Program-made: the position numbers and the translations under genes
Notes under the pieces: model-generated
What the model was told of the DNA's origin: nothing
Database searches by the model: none
The model's input: only the letters and a program-made list of their open reading frames with translations
Part shown: positions 48,174 to 58,525 of the stretch, piece after piece
Layout: each line of letters opens with the position of its first letter
How positions within the stretch are numbered: position 1 is the stretch's first letter
Origin: Pseudomonadota bacterium
GTDB lineage: Bacteria > Bdellovibrionota_B > Oligoflexia > Oligoflexales > CAIMVM01
Reading direction: 5' to 3'
DNA: 64,000 bases
Assembly (NCBI GenBank): GCA_037142195.1
Contig: JBAXBA010000005.1
Span: 430 to 64,429 of the forward strand

Positions 48174-49112
48174 ATGATGAAAATACTTGGAATTGCACTG
48201 GCAGTCGTTTTGGTGTCTGGCTTAAGTTTGGCAAATCCGCCCAGACCACATCATTCCGGCGAAGCCCCGTGGAGGGAGCCTCTGTCGGAAGATCGGTCAA
48301 AAGATTTTTCCGTCCGAGAGGCTAATGGAGAGAAAATTGTCGTAGATAACTTCTTAGGAATGGAATGGGCTGGAAAAGCCTCAGAAAACTTGGATTGGTA
48401 TGGAGCTTATGACTATTGTGAAAAATCAACCTATGCAGGATATTCTGATTGGCGTCTACCCACCTACTGGGAGATGATTAGTATTCAGTTGAAGTATACA
48501 AAGGAACAAGGGGTCTATCCTATCTTTTCGCATTTAAAAGGCAAAAGAGCCATTTGGTCAAGCGATGATAGTGTTTCCATTGATCAGCCGGACTGGGATG
48601 ATCGCTGGGCGCTATTTGTTGAGCCCGGCTTGGTTACTTTTGAATTAATTAAGGAAGAATACACTGCGCAATGTATTAGAGGTGAAGAAAAGCCAGCAGC
48701 TGGCCCACAGGGACAAGATCGGTATAAAGAGATACAGCCAGACCTTATTTTAGATACAAAAGCTAATTTGCTTTGGACCGGCCCTAGAAATCCTAAAGTT
48801 AGTAAAGAACTGCTCTTTACTGATGTTGAGAATTGGTATGTTGCTAATCTTTGGTGCGAGGATTTAGTATTTGCTGGGCGATCGGATTGGCGTTTGCCCC
48901 GTTTAGATGAAGTCGTCATTATTGGTGATTTAAGAATCCCTACAGTTTTTACCAGCATGCCTAAAATCCCCAACTCTCCCCTAGGTTTTTGGACGTCTAG
49001 CGCGGCCATTAATCCCGTCGGTCCCGCGAATTGGATTGTCGATCTTTTAGGACAGGCCTATGTTCATAGTAAAGAAGAAAAGCATATATTTGGTTGCGTC
49101 CATTCAAATTAA
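48174..49112 (+). CDS. Secreted protein with two DUF1566 (Lcl C-terminal) domains
   Basis: Signal peptide; two copies of D..xxL/MxW...W..A..xC......G.SDWRLP..xE...W(S/T)S...xCI/V. Confidence 0.8.
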   Translation: MMKILGIALAVVLVSGLSLANPPRPHHSGEAPWREPLSEDRSKDFSVREANGEKIVVDNFLGMEWAGKASENLDWYGAYDYCEKSTYAGYSDWRLPTYWEMISIQLKYTKEQGVYPIFSHLKGKRAIWSSDDSVSIDQPDWDDRWALFVEPGLVTFELIKEEYTAQCIRGEEKPAAGPQGQDRYKEIQPDLILDTKANLLWTGPRNPKVSKELLFTDVENWYVANLWCEDLVFAGRSDWRLPRLDEVVIIGDLRIPTVFTSMPKIPNSPLGFWTSSAAINPVGPANWIVDLLGQAYVHSKEEKHIFGCVHSN

Positions 49113-49121
49113 GGAGGATTT

Positions 49122-50648
49122 ATGAAATTTCTATTATTTGCACTTATAATTTCATCGCCAGCTTTTGCAGAAAAAGTAGTTGTATTTAAAGATCATATTC
49201 AGACTTTGCCCGCAGAATTTGTGCGATCCCAGGATGCAAGCACTTACACCGTTAAAAAATACTGGAATACGCCTCGATTTGCAATTCAGTCTCTTCCCGA
49301 TAATCCATGGGAGAACGCAAAGCGACAGAAAAATTTAGCTGTTCTTTTAAAAGACACAGCTGATTTCGGAGCAATCCCCAAAAATGGCATCAAGTCAATT
49401 GAGGAAAATACTCCCTATCAAGAAGAAGATTTTTTGGGGAATGATCATTTTGATCCCGTCAGTTGCCCGGGAGTTATCTATGGATTCCATCATTATTCAG
49501 AAGCGACTCAGCGTTTAGAATCTGCTACATCCTGTGACGTTTATTCCATTAGACCTAGTGGGCGATGGCAGTACACAATCAATGTTGTCTCTTCTACGCC
49601 CAAGTTAATCGAAGTTTTTGAACATGGGTCCAAGATCGGTGAATCAAGAACGGGAAAGATTGAATTAAATTTCAACTATGGCTATCGTCAGCGCTATTTT
49701 GTAATCTCTGGTTCGCCTGGAGAATATCGGACAAATATTTTCCCTACAAAAGCCAATCGCTCCAAAGAGAAATTAGTCAATTTTGCATTCTCAGATCAAT
49801 TTTCAAATGCTTACGGCTTTGGGGTTCCTAATTCTGTAAAACTTATGGGTCCAACCGCTAATACATCAAAATATATTGGCGCTAACATGATGGCAGCTGA
49901 AAGTTTTTGGACAAAAGGCTTTAAGGGCAAAGGCATTAAAGTAGCGGTTGTGGATACAGGCATTGATGCGCGTCATCCTCTATTGGAGGGTGTAGTGCGA
50001 AGTGGCATTGAAATCTTCGGCATGAACACATCTCCTGAGGATTTTGATGATTTCTATGGACATGGAACTCATGTTGCTGGAATCATCCACCAAGTAGCTC
50101 CTGAAGCAGAAATCATGGCGGTTCGTGTTTTTGATGAGACTCAAGATACCGGAGTGGAAACTCTCTCCAAAGGAATCAGATGGGCCATCGATAACGGCGC
50201 TAATGTGATTAATTTGAGCTTAGGCGGGCCGGACGGTTCAAAGGATTTTAAAAAGATCTTTGAATATGGCGTCTCAAAGGGAGTTTTATTTGCTATTGCA
50301 ACTGGAAACGAAAGAGGCTTTGTTCCGCTCTTTCCTGCTATTTATGCAGGTGACCTTCCAGGACTAGGATTGGCGGTCGGCGCCGCCAATGCATGGGGCA
50401 ACATAGCACCCTTTTCAAACTGGGGTGGAAATAATTTGAATATGAAAATGGCTACAAGCCATGGTGTGGGTGTATCATCGGCTAAATTCCATACAGACGA
50501 AATGGTCAATATGTCTGGAACTTCCATGGCATCGCCCCAAATCGCAGGCATTCTGGCTTTGTATAAAAATGCGTTTCCTAATCTCAAAAATCAGGAGCTT
50601 GTGGATTTGATTTCTAAGAATGTAGTTCGAGCAGCTGTTGATGATTGA
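49122..50648 (+). CDS. Secreted subtilisin-like serine peptidase (S8)
   Basis: Catalytic triad motifs VAVVDTG, HGTHVAG and GTSMASP; oxyanion ATGN; signal peptide; AGGAGG RBS immediately after the previous stop. Confidence 0.92.
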   Translation: MKFLLFALIISSPAFAEKVVVFKDHIQTLPAEFVRSQDASTYTVKKYWNTPRFAIQSLPDNPWENAKRQKNLAVLLKDTADFGAIPKNGIKSIEENTPYQEEDFLGNDHFDPVSCPGVIYGFHHYSEATQRLESATSCDVYSIRPSGRWQYTINVVSSTPKLIEVFEHGSKIGESRTGKIELNFNYGYRQRYFVISGSPGEYRTNIFPTKANRSKEKLVNFAFSDQFSNAYGFGVPNSVKLMGPTANTSKYIGANMMAAESFWTKGFKGKGIKVAVVDTGIDARHPLLEGVVRSGIEIFGMNTSPEDFDDFYGHGTHVAGIIHQVAPEAEIMAVRVFDETQDTGVETLSKGIRWAIDNGANVINLSLGGPDGSKDFKKIFEYGVSKGVLFAIATGNERGFVPLFPAIYAGDLPGLGLAVGAANAWGNIAPFSNWGGNNLNMKMATSHGVGVSSAKFHTDEMVNMSGTSMASPQIAGILALYKNAFPNLKNQELVDLISKNVVRAAVDD

Positions 50649-50676
50649 TTGATAGTTGTAAAAGTAAAAGTATCGT

Positions 50677-50706
50677 CCGAGCTGGCTTCTCACCAGCTCG
50701 GTTTCT
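50677..50706 (+). terminator. Probable rho-independent terminator
   Basis: Perfect 9-bp stem CCGAGCTGG-cttctca-CCAGCTCGG followed by TTTCT, just after the S8 stop. Confidence 0.65.
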
Positions 50707-51014
50707 AATCTTGTATGTTTGCAAATAGCTGTTTAAGCGTCTATCTATGCCTACTTATGCGCCGCTCCCAAAACATGCATATTCCAGTTCCGAAAATCGA
50801 CGAGAACATATGACTATAGCAACAGTAAGGCTAGATAACTTTTTGCTATCTTTTGTAACCTATAATAACAACGAACACACATAGTTCTGTTACTACTTAC
50901 TGATAGATAATCGGCTCTCCCCAATTGAGGATTGATTTTGAAAGAAATGGTGTGGCACACTCATAATTATAAAGTTTCAATGAAGAAACTGGGTCGTCTT
51001 TCAAGGAGGAATGA

Positions 51015-52508
51015 ATGCGTACGAAGTTATTTTCCGCAGCTTGTTGGTCGTTGGCTCTCACAGCCACAGCCGAACCATTAACCCTCATCCAAGTACAAAA
51101 GTCCCTTGCTAGTAAAAACGCCCCGTGGACGGCGGCTGATACAGGCGTCATCGAATCTCTTGGCGTCTATCAGAAAGCGAATCCGTTTGGCTTAGCGGCA
51201 ATGCCTGAGGGCGACGACGGCGCCTTGGAGATCGAAGATAAGAACCAATCTGCCGATTTGCCTTCGGCACTGGATTGGCGCAATTACGAGGGGATGAATT
51301 TCTTATCAAGTATCCGCAATCAAGCTTTCTGCGGTAGCTGTGTTGCGTTCGCTGCCATCGGCGCCTTTGAGGGGCGTTTAAAAGTTGCTGCCAAGAGTCC
51401 CCAGATGAGTGTCGATCTTTCGGAACAACATTTGTTTCAAGATATTGGCGGCTGTGATTCTGGTTCCTTCCCTCAGCTTGCTGCCATGAGTTTGCAGAGT
51501 TCGGGAACTACCGATGAGGCTTGCACGCCCTATACACTAGGCCGAATGGGCATGAGCAAGGGCGCCAGTGAGTGTGCTGATGTAAAAAGTCGTCTTCATA
51601 AAATTGATGGCTACACTTCACTTTCTAAAAGCAAGATTAAAGCCGCACTCCAGAATGGTCCTGTTACGACAGCCATGGCTGTTTTTGAAGACTTTATGTT
51701 TTACAAAAGCGGCATTTACCAACATACGACAGGCAAGAGATTAGGTGGACACGCAGTGGGTATCGTCGGTTACGATGATGTCGCTGGCGTTTGGATTGTC
51801 CGTAATAGCTGGGGCACATCTTGGGGGGAAGATGGCTACTTCCGTATCCCTTATAATAATGACAGCGGTGTTGGCAACGGTGGCATTGCTTACAAAGTAG
51901 CGGATCCCGCCATTGAGGTTGGACTCGACAATGCTCAAAATTTTGCCGTGCTGAGCGGTAAGGTGAAAATCCAAGGCGTTTCCTATCGCGGCACGTCCTT
52001 GAAAAGCGTTCGTTACACTTTGCAAGGGCGCGGCGCTAACAGCTTTAGCTCCGTCAAAGGATCTATAGACCTCAACAGCCTAGAAGCCGAGATTGATACG
52101 ACAGCGTTAGAGACTGGCGTCTATGAACTTTCGGTTATCAGCGAAAGACAAGATGGCTCCCCTTCAAATCCTTGGTTTCAGCTGGTGCAGGTGGTCAATG
52201 GCGAGCAAAATATCGCCATGACTCTAGTGCCTGAGTTTCCCACCGATAAACCGGCAAGCGGCCGTGTTTATATCCGATTGGAAAGCAAATTTGAGAAGGT
52301 GGGATTAACTTTTGCTGACATTCACTTCCGCAAGACGGACGGCTCAGCCGAAAAGACGGTACGCACTGAAAATCCTGGTGATGCGGCAAAAGTTGGCTGG
52401 CGCACCCCGATGATGCCAAATGGTGAGTACGAAGTCACTGCAGAGGGGTTCCTTGGTGATCTTCAGCATTTTACATCTAATAAGCTTATCGTTAACATTG
52501 CAAACTAG
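51015..52508 (+). CDS. Secreted papain-like cysteine peptidase (C1A) with C-terminal Ig-like domains
   Basis: LDWRN, NQAFCGSCVAFA, LSEQ, GGHAVGIVGY and WIVRNSWGTSWGEDGYF motifs; C-terminal IDTTALETGVY and WRTPMMPNGEY Ig-like motifs. Confidence 0.92.
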   Translation: MRTKLFSAACWSLALTATAEPLTLIQVQKSLASKNAPWTAADTGVIESLGVYQKANPFGLAAMPEGDDGALEIEDKNQSADLPSALDWRNYEGMNFLSSIRNQAFCGSCVAFAAIGAFEGRLKVAAKSPQMSVDLSEQHLFQDIGGCDSGSFPQLAAMSLQSSGTTDEACTPYTLGRMGMSKGASECADVKSRLHKIDGYTSLSKSKIKAALQNGPVTTAMAVFEDFMFYKSGIYQHTTGKRLGGHAVGIVGYDDVAGVWIVRNSWGTSWGEDGYFRIPYNNDSGVGNGGIAYKVADPAIEVGLDNAQNFAVLSGKVKIQGVSYRGTSLKSVRYTLQGRGANSFSSVKGSIDLNSLEAEIDTTALETGVYELSVISERQDGSPSNPWFQLVQVVNGEQNIAMTLVPEFPTDKPASGRVYIRLESKFEKVGLTFADIHFRKTDGSAEKTVRTENPGDAAKVGWRTPMMPNGEYEVTAEGFLGDLQHFTSNKLIVNIAN

Positions 52509-52532
52509 TAGTCATTAAAAGCTAGAAAAACA

Positions 52533-52573
52533 GACAAAGCCCTTCTTGGGAACGAGGAGGACTTTGTTATTTT
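52533..52573 (+). terminator. Possible terminator hairpin
   Basis: Imperfect stem ACAAAG-c-CCTTCTT / GAGGAGG-a-CTTTGT followed by TATTTT. Confidence 0.4.
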
Positions 52574-53063
52574 GAGCTTCCCCATATTATGATGGAATCC
52601 ATTCAGTACCTTAAGAAGAGATAAAAGATACGCTTCAAACAAGAAAATTCACAACCCAGGGTAATGCATTTAAACATTGATAGCGCAATGTAAGGGCAAT
52701 TTTAAGACTCTGATACTCGGCAAAAAACATTTCCAGCAACTTTCAAGCCATTTCTAAGTATTTTCCCAGAAATCTGCGCGTGAAGTAAAAAGCTAATCTT
52801 TTTTTCCGATGATTTCCAAAGTCATGAGCAATGGCTATGCTTTGAGGGAAGGATGAGATTACTGCCGCAGGGACCCTTGTCGCAAATATCTAGCAAATTC
52901 TTCAGACGAGCCAAGAAGGCTTGAGGGCTATGTAATCTCTGGTGAGCTTCTCACATATTTTCGAGCCCTAACTCCTAAACCGTCTGGAACTTTGACAAGG
53001 ATAATGGAAGCAAAATTCCGTTCTTTAGAGCGGAGTCCCACAAAGCGGAATAAAAAAACTAAA

Positions 53064-55757
53064 TCACCCCGTATTGCGCATGCCAGCGGAAATTCCATTA
53101 ATGGAAATTACTAAAGCTTCTTTTAAGCTCGCCGAATCGTCGCCGTTTCGAAGCCGCTTTAACAGCTCAACTTGTATCAAATTGAGAGGATCCACGTAAG
53201 GATTTCTAAGTCGAATCGATCGTTTTAGGACTGAGTTACTTGCTAAAAGTTCGTCTGACTGAATGGCCGTCAAAACTGCAGATTGGGTGAGTCGGAAATT
53301 TTCTCTAAGGACTTCACCAAGAGCCATTAATGGGCTTTGTTTAGGAAGAAGGTTGACATCATAGTGACAAGCAATATTGAAGTCGGCCTTTGCAAGTACC
53401 ATTTCAATAAGAGCTAAAGTGGATTGAAAGAAAGGCCAATTTGCCGCCATTTCTAAAAGAATTGGTCGATCTTGAGATGAAAGCTTGCTTTCAAGAGCAC
53501 GACCCACACCTAACCAAACAGGCAGCATAAAACGAGTCTGGGTCCAGGCAAAAATCCAGGGAATCGCGCGCAATGACTTAATGTCAGCGACCCCTCCCCT
53601 TCGACTGGGACGACTTCCAATATTCAAACTCCCCAGCTCATTAACCGGAGTTGCTAAGGTAAAATACTCTTGGAAGTGAGCATCGCCATACACAACCTGT
53701 CGGTACTCTTGGCTGCTAAGTTCAGCGAGCTGATCCATGATGTCGCTCCAAACCTTAGGAATAGCTGGACCTTTTTTAAGGGAGGCCGAAAGGGTGCCAG
53801 CGACATACAGGTCCAAATTTCTGATAGCAATTTCCGGAATTCCAAACTTGGCCTGAATCATTTCACCCTGCTCGGTAACTCGTAGAGTTTTGTCTACAGA
53901 ACCTGGGGGCTGGGACATAATCGCCAAATAAGTTGGACCGCCACCACGCCCCACGGTTCCCCCGCGCCCATGAAACAGAGTTAGATCAACTTCAAAAGAT
54001 TTACAAAGAGACACTAAGGATTCTTGAGCTTTATAAAGAGCCCAAGCAGCCGCCATTCTACCCGCGTCTTTCGAAGAGTCGGAATACCCTATCATAATCT
54101 CTTGCTTACGATCCATACGCTCAACGTAACTTGAATTTTTGAAGAGACTCTCCATAATACGCGGGCTGTTATATAGGTCATTTTCAGTCTCAAAAAGAGG
54201 TACTACTTTTAAAATCCTCCTCCCACATATTTCTTTTTGGAGCAGCTCGACGGCCAGTACGTCACTAGCAGCTCCCGCCATGGAAATGATGTAAGAACCA
54301 AACGCATCTTTCCCAAATTCCTCGATAACTTTAAAGACATCAAGTACGGCAAGTGTAGACTCGGAGAATTTCGTGCGACTATTTATTAAAGGCCTTTCAG
54401 ACCGAAGTTCATTTGAAAGCAACTGAACTCGCTCTTCCTCAGACATATCTCGATATTGTCCCATTCCCGCTTGCGTGAGAACCTCATCTAACGCAGCCAA
54501 ATGCTTGGAAGACTCTTGACGCAAATCCAATTTAGCTAGACAGAATCCAAAACAAGAAAATCTTTTGATAACATCGTAAAGAAGGCCGTTGGCAATGTCA
54601 CCAGCAGATATTTCGACTAAAGAGTCAAACATCAAAAGAAGGCGTTGTTCAAATTCCTGTTTAGACAGAACTACACTTTGATCTATAGTCACTACTTCAT
54701 ATTTGCTTTTCATTAAATCGATATCACGCAATGCTCTAATACATTTCAACAGTTCTTTGATGACATATCTATAGGGCTCCCTGTTTTGCTTTGCATGGTG
54801 CAAAAGTTCAGAGCTAGCTCTTGATAGGGAAAGTTCCTCAGAAAGACTTCTCAGATCTCGTTCATAGAGTTCAAATGCCATCCAACGCGAAAGAAAGCAC
54901 ACCTCTCTGGTAACTTCTGGCAAGACAAAAGGATTGCCATCTCGATCCCCGCCCATCCATGAGCCGAAAGAAATGGGGACAAATGGAATTGGTGGACACT
55001 TGCCCAAGTGAAGGAGTGAGGCTTGATCTAGGGATCGACAATAGGCTGGAATCGCACGCCATAGAGTTTGTTCTATGACACTCAGCCCACTTCTGGCTTC
55101 TTCCAATGGGGTGGGTTTACTGCGAATAATTTCATCGGTCAGCCAGGCGGACTTAATTTCTTTTTGCAAGGCATGAGTAAGATCTGAGTGTTCTTTAGCT
55201 GTTGTTTGCCCCACTCCCCTATCTAGCAGTATTTTAGCGATGTTATTGTGCTTTTTTATAAGAGTTCTTCGCACCACTTCGGTAGGATGAGCCGTGAGTA
55301 CGAGATCAACTTTTATCTCTGAAAGTGTTTTAAAGATTTCTTCGCTGCTAAACCCGTCAGTGGATAGGTCAAGCAAAACAGCTTCAATAGAGCCCCGCTG
55401 AGGTTTAGCATTTCTATCCAACTGAAACTCACGTCGACGCCTTACGCGATGAACTTGCTCCGCAATATTTGCTAGAGTTAAAAAATGTTCAAACCCGCGC
55501 GCCACCTGGCATGAGTCTTGATCACTTAACTTCGCTAGGTGACTTTGAATAGCAGAAAACTGTGTGCCGCCCTGCTCACGGCCCATCTTAGAAAGGCGCC
55601 TGACCGTTTCAATACTCTCAAATACGAGTTCACCAGACTGCGACCGAATCACAGATCCTAAAATATTTCCTAATAGTTTTACATCATCTCGGAGAGCGGC
55701 GTCAGTAGCCGCCGCTGGATTTTTTAATCCGTCGCTCACAGAAGCCTCATCGCTCAT
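53064..55757 (-). CDS. ppc: Phosphoenolpyruvate carboxylase
   Basis: VLTAHPTE, WMGGDRDGNP, QEIMIGYSDSSKDAG, FHGRGGTVGRGGGP, LRAIPWIF and the C-terminal RNTG. Confidence 0.97.
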   Translation of the reverse strand: MSDEASVSDGLKNPAAATDAALRDDVKLLGNILGSVIRSQSGELVFESIETVRRLSKMGREQGGTQFSAIQSHLAKLSDQDSCQVARGFEHFLTLANIAEQVHRVRRRREFQLDRNAKPQRGSIEAVLLDLSTDGFSSEEIFKTLSEIKVDLVLTAHPTEVVRRTLIKKHNNIAKILLDRGVGQTTAKEHSDLTHALQKEIKSAWLTDEIIRSKPTPLEEARSGLSVIEQTLWRAIPAYCRSLDQASLLHLGKCPPIPFVPISFGSWMGGDRDGNPFVLPEVTREVCFLSRWMAFELYERDLRSLSEELSLSRASSELLHHAKQNREPYRYVIKELLKCIRALRDIDLMKSKYEVVTIDQSVVLSKQEFEQRLLLMFDSLVEISAGDIANGLLYDVIKRFSCFGFCLAKLDLRQESSKHLAALDEVLTQAGMGQYRDMSEEERVQLLSNELRSERPLINSRTKFSESTLAVLDVFKVIEEFGKDAFGSYIISMAGAASDVLAVELLQKEICGRRILKVVPLFETENDLYNSPRIMESLFKNSSYVERMDRKQEIMIGYSDSSKDAGRMAAAWALYKAQESLVSLCKSFEVDLTLFHGRGGTVGRGGGPTYLAIMSQPPGSVDKTLRVTEQGEMIQAKFGIPEIAIRNLDLYVAGTLSASLKKGPAIPKVWSDIMDQLAELSSQEYRQVVYGDAHFQEYFTLATPVNELGSLNIGSRPSRRGGVADIKSLRAIPWIFAWTQTRFMLPVWLGVGRALESKLSSQDRPILLEMAANWPFFQSTLALIEMVLAKADFNIACHYDVNLLPKQSPLMALGEVLRENFRLTQSAVLTAIQSDELLASNSVLKRSIRLRNPYVDPLNLIQVELLKRLRNGDDSASLKEALVISINGISAGMRNTG

Positions 55758-56348
55758 GTTTTAAATCTCACATCCTGAAATCATTACATCTTAGTTTAGT
55801 CCTATAGACAGCTTTGATTGTATTACTTATAGATCCATCCACAAGGTTAAATTTGATACTAGATTCCTGCTTCCTCACGGCTGGTTTAACTTTCAGACCC
55901 TTTATCGCGGTCGAGAAAGAACTTTCCTCACTACAGGCTTTGCCACACACCTCGACCCCACAGATTTCGCGTCAAGATCGCAATCAAGGGGCTTCAAAAA
56001 TTCCGGATTTGAAAACCTACGGAGCCATCACTTCCGAGATAAGGTAGAAAACTTCATTCTCGGGAATGTGCGGAATGAGCTTCCTTATGGGAAGCAAGGC
56101 TGCCACTTTGTTTGTCGGTCATAAAAATTTTCTACTTTTAAAAGTCTCCAGATCATTTTTGGGCTTCTGCACCAAGTAGCATCACCTTAAGATTGTACAA
56201 CTGCAGCACTCTTTTTCTCAAACACTTTGCGCTAGGCTTAAGCTATGAAATAGATATGTCATTTTGGAAGAGGCTCTTTATTTGGTGTGACGTAAAAATG
56301 GTGAATCGATTTTATAAATTCTATAATTGGCTTAATGGAAAAACGGCA

Positions 56349-56378
56349 AAGCACGGAAAAAGTGAGTTTCCCGTGCTT
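56349..56378 (-). terminator. Possible terminator downstream of amt
   Basis: Inverted repeat AAGCACGG...CCGTGCTT about 60 nt past the amt stop, with a T-rich tail on the minus strand. Confidence 0.4.
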
Positions 56379-56435
56379 CCCTCAGCCCAAAAATGTCTTG
56401 TGTAAGAAGTCGCCTATGATCTCCTCAAGTTTCGT

Positions 56436-57809
56436 CTAAGTATGAGATTCTTTAAGGTGGACAGGAACATACTTAGGTGTGGATTTGAGATCGATTGGGG
56501 CTGTGCGAGGTGGCACGTCCACTAGGCTTTCTCCATGTTGACTCAAGTCCAAACCAATGTCTTCTTCTTCATCTGAAACTCTTAATCCCATAGTCAAATC
56601 GACAAATTTAAAGATAAGGAGCGATCCCACAAATGAAAAAGCCGCCACATAACCTAATCCTAAACAATGTGTTAAAAACGTCTTTGTAGGTCCAAAGATG
56701 AGGCCCACATCTTTTGCAAAAATACCCGTTAAGAGCATTCCCATAATGCCACCCACACCGTGACACGGAAACACATCCAAAGTATCGTCAATTTTGGTTT
56801 TCGATTTCAAAACAACAACACATGCGGAAACAATGCTTGCAATAGCGCCAATAAAGATGCTTGCTCCTATGGAAACATAGCCAGCAGCGGGCGTAATGGC
56901 TACTAAACCGACTACAGCACCAATACATGCGCCCACAGCGTTAGGCTTTTGACCCCTATAGACATCGAACAATACCCATGCAATAGCCGCTGAAGCTGCT
57001 GCCGAATTTGTGGTAGCAAGCGCCAATGCTGCCTGTTCGTTAGCTCCTAGAGCAGAACCCGCATTGAATCCAAACCATCCAAACCAAAGCATGCCTGTTC
57101 CGAGAATCACATAAGGAATATTTGCTGGGGCATGGGTCGTCGTCCCGTGACTTTTACGCCGGCCCAAAAGAATCACACCAGCTAAAGCTCCGATTCCTGC
57201 TGACATGTGAACCACAGTGCCGCCAGCAAAATCCAGAAGACCCATGGTACGTAGAAATCCCGAGGGATGCCAGGTCCAATGGGCTAAAGGCGCGTAAATG
57301 AATAGAATAAACAAAGAGATAAACATAATATAACTTTTAAATTTAATTCTCTCGGCAATCGCACCCGTTACTAGTGCTGGCGTAATAACAGCAAACTTAA
57401 GCTGAAACATAGCAAACAAAATAAGAGGAATCGTCGGCGACAAGTCTGGGTGTGTCGCTCCTGAAACACCTTTTAACATAAAAAATGTCAACGGATTTCC
57501 GATAAGGCCGCCGAGGGAATCCCCGAAGGCTAAGCTAAATCCCACTATGACCCAAATGAGGCTAATGATTCCCATAGAAATAAAGCTTTGAACCATAGTC
57601 GAGATTACATTTTTAGGACTGACCATCCCGCCATAGAAGAAAGCGAGCCCAGGTGTCATAAACAGCACGAAACTTGTGGCGGTGAGCATCCAGGCAACAT
57701 CGGCAGGGTTTATCGGCCCACCTACTTTAAGTGGCGCTGATGTAGGCATAAGACCCACGTAAACACAAAAACCAATCAATAAAAACAATAGCAAGCTACT
57801 TCGCTTCAT
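56436..57809 (-). CDS. amtB: Ammonium transporter (Amt family)
   Basis: Start reassigned to ATG 57809 (purine-rich RBS). MTPGLAFFYGG, FQLKFA, DFAGGTVVH, LWFGWFGFNAGS and IDDTLDVFPCHG motifs; both pore His retained. Confidence 0.95.
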   Translation of the reverse strand: MKRSSLLLFLLIGFCVYVGLMPTSAPLKVGGPINPADVAWMLTATSFVLFMTPGLAFFYGGMVSPKNVISTMVQSFISMGIISLIWVIVGFSLAFGDSLGGLIGNPLTFFMLKGVSGATHPDLSPTIPLILFAMFQLKFAVITPALVTGAIAERIKFKSYIMFISLFILFIYAPLAHWTWHPSGFLRTMGLLDFAGGTVVHMSAGIGALAGVILLGRRKSHGTTTHAPANIPYVILGTGMLWFGWFGFNAGSALGANEQAALALATTNSAAASAAIAWVLFDVYRGQKPNAVGACIGAVVGLVAITPAAGYVSIGASIFIGAIASIVSACVVVLKSKTKIDDTLDVFPCHGVGGIMGMLLTGIFAKDVGLIFGPTKTFLTHCLGLGYVAAFSFVGSLLIFKFVDLTMGLRVSDEEEDIGLDLSQHGESLVDVPPRTAPIDLKSTPKYVPVHLKESHT

Positions 57810-58525
57810 TCTCTTCCCCCCGGTTAAGAAATTAGTCAAAAAAAATATATGAGATGAATTAGCTAAACGACTGATCGAGTAAATGCAAGACCAAAATTCT
57901 AATATTGCTTTCGACAGACATCGACAATTGTATTTTGACACTATAAAACAAGTCCTATTTTACGAGTAGAAAATATTTTCCACGAAATTCGCAAATAGGA
58001 ACGAGCGCAAATCCATTTGAAATTCTTGATGCTCATCGCGGCAAGCAGAGGATCCTCATATTCCAACAAGTCAATTTGCCCGGTTAAGTTTCCTAGGGGC
58101 TCCTTTGCCAAGCTGTCTTTGCTGGCCTATGCCATTTGGGGCTTTTTGGGAAATGTCTTGCAATTTTAGGCGAGTTCATTTAGGTCATAAGCAATAAAAA
58201 TCGCAGTTTTGACTTTTTTCTGGTCCGGGGGGAGTAGGATGGAGCCGAGTTATCTGATTGGGTTAAAAATAGGCCACCTTTTGGTGGTAGTAAGTACCGT
58301 TTCCCATCATCAGCCTTCTGAGCTTATAAACTTCCGAGATTCATGAAACATGAGATGGGAAAAAATGGGTTTCTAATCCAGTAGCAAGCCATTTCTATTT
58401 GGCCAACTCAGGATTTAGTGCCCTTTTTGACCTTTCAATAGTCGAGAGTACGACGGATTCACGCATCATGAGAACTAGGGCTCGAATTCGTAATTTCGCC
58501 TGGACATAGGCTCGAGAGGATAAAA

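Noticed and set aside
57810-57941. N-terminal extensions given by the ORF track for amt (also asnB 43355-43402 and lipoprotein 1 11264-11320)
   Set aside because: Downstream ATGs have better RBS and family-typical N-termini.
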